Below, one piece after another: positions 59,701 through 64,000 of a stretch of 64,000 nt of DNA; the first letter of the stretch is position 1; every line of letters starts with the position of its first letter. The notes under the pieces were generated by a model. The model made no database searches and was not told the origin of the DNA. It worked only from the letters and a program-made list of their open reading frames with translations. Made by a program: the position numbers and the translations under genes. The stretch comes from Mustelus asterias (lineage: Eukaryota): the NCBI RefSeq assembly GCF_964213995.1, contig NW_027590190.1:496001-560000 (forward strand). The letters are read 5' to 3'.

Positions 59701-61739
59701 GCGTCACTGTATCTCTGTTAGGGACATTACACTACCCTGGATCGGTTATATCTGATGTGCACATTTTCAGAAAAAAAAAAATATTTTTTGCCTAGTTTTC
59801 GAGATTTGAGATAGACAGGGAGAAATAGTTAAAAGTCGAAGGGAATTTTGAAATGAATATCAGTTTAATTTAAAAGAAGTTATTGATTTTTGTTGTTGTA
59901 GTTTGAAAATTGATCCCACAGTTTGAATAAATGTGACAGAGTGAACACAGTTTTCTGACAGGTGGAATTCGCTCACACTAAACAATTGTTCATATAATGG
60001 TGTTTGAATTGTCGTAAGGTGTCAACAGAAACTGGCTAGAGATTTACAATTTAATACTTGAAATTCAAATAATTAATTTTTTATAATATTATAATATTTT
60101 TATATTAGTAATATTTGCTCTGCATTTAATAATAACATCCTGTCTCCCATTACTGCTGAACATAGAATAGAATTATTGGATGAATAAATGACAGAATAGA
60201 AGAATTGATTCTATTTGAGCATTATGTTTAATTAGTATTAAATATTATACTGAAGAAAAAGTCTCGACTTATTTTGTGCATCATGTTTCAGTGTTGCAGA
60301 GGATTTGAATCAATTGTCCTCATTGTGTTTTTCATTGTTTAATTCAGAACTTCTTAATTTAAACAATATGTTCAGTAATTAAATTATATGGATGGTCCAA
60401 ATTATTAAATCTAGGAAGCAGCTTCATTGACCTCAAACTGCCAGGTCGTTACAGTATATACAAATTCAGAAACATGCATTCTTAACACGTTTGCAGGTTA
60501 TAATAAGGCATTTGGAGTAAAAGTGGAAATGAAAAAACATGACAATGTTATTCGATTGAAGCAAATGAATTACAGATGTCTGAATCTTTCCATTCAGTAA
60601 TTTGAAGTTTATTGTTTAAGATTTAATTGGAACCTAATTACTTCACAATGTTCGAGGCAGGGAAAGTTTTGAATGATTGAAAATTGATTTTATTAGGGAG
60701 TACAAATCAGCTAACAGGAAAAGTAACCGGCAATTAACAAAACAAAATATAATATTGGTGCTAATTAATTCAAAACAAAATACCTTGAATAATGCACGGG
60801 CGTGCAAAGTATCATCCGTTTCAGAGAATGTTTAATTGTATCGAAAATGAATTCAGAAACAAAACCTTTCTTTTATCAGCTATGCTTAGCTCGATAAGGT
60901 GTTTTACCTCGAATATTTTGTTGATTACATTTAATTAAGAAATTAGATCGAATCAGGCAATGATTTTCAATGTAAATGTTTCTTGGTTTATTTAATCCTT
61001 ACTGTGTCACTGTATCTCTGTCCGGGACATTGAACTGTCCTGAATCTGTTATTTTTGATTCCTAATTTTCAGCGAAATTACATTTTTACATAGTTTTCGA
61101 GAAGTGAGACAGACAGAGAGACATAATGAAAAATCGACAGGAGTTTTGAAATGAATATCAGTTTTATTTAAAAGAGGTTATTGATTTTCTGTTGTAAATT
61201 GATCATTGATCAATTAGAATCAAACAGTTTGAATTAAATTGACAGATTGATCATACCTACCCGCTGGAAAATCGATTGTTGCACCGTTTGTGTCTGTTCT
61301 GTTTCTGCGCGCGTGGTCACCGTGTTGGGCCAGGAAACTGCCTGACTGGTTGTAAAACTGCTGGTTCCTTCTGCTGTATTTCAGGGAGTGAAATTTGATT
61401 TATTTCTTCAATAAACTGGTATCTGTGAGAAATGTGACAGTTTGACTTGATGTTTGGCTCGGCGTCTCAGAAATGAGATCCCTAAAGCATATTGTGACCA
61501 TCAGAGAGAGCAGAAACGTCAGATTGTAGAGGGAGATTTGGATGATTTTTAACCAGTCATGTACCGGCCTTGGGAATGTTCGATGAGCAAATACAAAGTG
61601 AGATTTACTATATTATGCTCCGTAGTAAAGCAGTCCATGACCTGTTTGGTATGACAGTTGAAGGTTCAAATTCATTTGCATCTTATTTTTAATCTTCTAA
61701 AGCTATTTTAGAGTCATTTGCTCGGCCAGAAGCTTTAAT

Positions 61740-62150
61740 CATCAATAATTGTTCCTTGAGAAAGTGTTGATATGAAGCATCCTTGAATAACTGCAATCAA
61801 TATGCTGCAGGCATCCGCCGTGCTGTTAGGCGGAAGTTCCAGGATTTTGACCCAGAAGGAACTGAGGTATTGTTTCAAGTCAGGATGGTGTGTGTCTTGG
61901 AGGGGAGCTTGCAGGTGGTAGTGTTCATATGTGGCTGCTGCCCTTATCCTGTTAGGATATAAAGGCAACGGGTTTGGACAGTGTTTACTATGGAGCCTTG
62001 GTGAGTTGCTGCAGTGCGTCTTGTATATAATACACACTACTGTCACTGCTTGTTAGTGATGGAGAGAGAGAATAGGGTGAATGAGGGGGCGGATAATCCT
62101 GTGGGTGGCTTTGCCCTGGATTGTGTCAAATTTCTTGAGTTTTTACAGGT
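61740..62150 (-). mobile_element. Decayed L2/CR1-group LINE 3' end (related tails at ~7545-7700, 50495-50565, 51860-52030)
   Basis: Shared ccctaacagcac / gtgctgttagg tail motif. Confidence 0.55.
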
Positions 62151-62329
62151 TTCCCTCATTGAGGAAAGAGGAAATTATTCAATTGCGACGAATTGCGAAA
62201 GATTTAAATGTTTTTCCAACCCTTGGCCCGCGCTCCGTATTGTGCTCACTTGTCACTCCCACTTACTGTGTGAATGGGTGAGTATGTGTGGAGTGAGTGT
62301 GTTTTCCAGACTGAATCAGCCAAATAGAA

Positions 62330-64000
62330 ACTTATACACATCACACACTCTCACACACATAAATACTCTCATATTCTCTCACACATGCACACACACACAC
62401 ATACATACTCACACTTACTTTCTCTCTCATACGGTCTCTCTTACACACCCATACACATTCTCTCTCTCACGTTACTCATACACTCTCTCAATACAAATAC
62501 ATACATCGTCTCGCTCTCTCCATCAATCTCTCACATCCCCATACACAAAAGCGCTCACATCCCCACACACACACCCATTCTCTCTTATACACAGACACAC
62601 ACTCTCACATAAGCACAGTCTCACACTCTCGCGCACGCACTCTCACATGCACTCTCTCTCTTCCACTCTCTGTCACACACGCTCAAGCTGTCTCACATTT
62701 CTTCACATGCTCTCTCACAATTCCTCTTGCACACGCATCTCTCGCTCTCACACACACACACGCACATATTTCTATTTTTCTTGCGCACACTATCTCACAC
62801 CTCTACATTCTTGCTCTCACACACTGGCTCTCTCACAATCACTCTCTCACAAACATAGAACATGCACACACTCTAACACACACTCTTACACACAGACACA
62901 GTCTCTCACATAAGCACAGTCTCGCGCACACATTCTCTCTCTCACACACACACATGCACTATCCCTCTCACATTCCCTCTTCCGTACACTCTCACTTCGT
63001 CTCACACATTCCCATGCTCTCTCTCACTCATACGGACACTTGCACACGTATTCTCTCACACAGGCACATATTTCTCTCTCTTTCACACGCTCAGTCCCTT
63101 ACACATTATCTCACACATGCACAACCTTGCTCTCAAACACTGTCTCTCACAAACACCCTCTCTTTCACACGCACACAATCTCTCACACAGTCTCTCCTTC
63201 TCTTACACACGAACACACATGTATATACAATGTATCTCTCTTTAAACACTCCACCTATCACAGACACATGTTCTCTCAACAGTCAATTCACTCACACACA
63301 CTCACGCATCCACTCTGTCTAAGTTTCACACTTTTTCTCGCTCACACACACTCTCCCCGCCCCTCCACACACACACACACACACACTCACACTCACACAC
63401 ACACACACACACACACTCACACTCACACACACACATACACTCAAACACCCCACATTGCTTCTATCTCCCACACACATTGCACATATCTTTCTCACTCACA
63501 CGCCATCCCATGCACACTTTCACACACTGATGAACATATTATTTTGCTTTCCAATAGGCACTCCCTCTCACACACACTGTCTTTCACATGAACACAACAC
63601 TCTCCCACACACATACCCTCCCTCTCAGGCACACACACTCTCTTTCACAGACATCGTGTATCTCAAATAGACACACTCCCTTTCACATCAACATACACAC
63701 AATCACACACAGAAGTACTCTTTCACACAGACTCCCCACACACACACTCTCCCCGCCCCTCCACACACATACATTTTCAAGAAGAGACACACTGTCACAC
63801 ACAAAGAATAATTCTTCAAACACACATTCTGTCTCACACACACACATTATCTCACACACCCTTTCTCTCACGCACTCTCCCCTCTTGCACGCACAGCCCA
63901 CTGTCTCACACACGTGCAAACGCATTCTATCATACACAGGCATCCTCACACACACATTCTCTCTCTCTCCCTCTCTCTCTCTCTCTATCTCTCTCGCTCT
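62330..64000. repeat. Long degenerate (CA)/(CT) microsatellite
   Basis: Low-complexity CA/CT tract; its ORFs are H/T/S/L-rich artefacts. Confidence 0.95.

Noticed and set aside
62014-63955. Long His/Thr/Ser-rich ORFs
   Set aside because: Translations of CA/CT microsatellite

Overview
Vertebrate DNA, almost certainly from a shark (cartilaginous fish). The ORF track uses alternative starts and is mostly spurious. Four zones. (1) 1-30.6 kb: three tandem, internally deleted copies of a ~16 kb unit. The unit carries CR1/L2/Rex1 LINE fragments, V-SINEs, a CpG promoter with NRF1/YY1/RFX-like motifs and, in copies 1 and 2, a C2H2 zinc-finger exon truncated by a Penelope-like repeat. (2) 30.6-46.9 kb: a head-to-tail array of three Tx1-clade non-LTR retrotransposons (one 5'-truncated, two full length). 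Each 3' end abuts the same ~30 bp motif GTCTC(TC)nTGAATGRAGATTGAGCTTCAGAC, whose last copy continues into what looks like exon 1 of a zinc-finger gene. (3) 46.9-49.8 kb: that zinc-finger gene, now frameshifted. (4) 55.6-64 kb: an intact, unrearranged shark IgM-type heavy-chain cluster (leader-VH-D1-D2-JH; RSS spacers 23, 12/22, 12/12, 23) plus >6.5 kb of J-C intron with diverged repeats; no constant exon is in the window. Best candidate for an undescribed system: a sequence-specific Tx1 retrotransposon that repeatedly targets the first exon of shark C2H2 zinc-finger genes.
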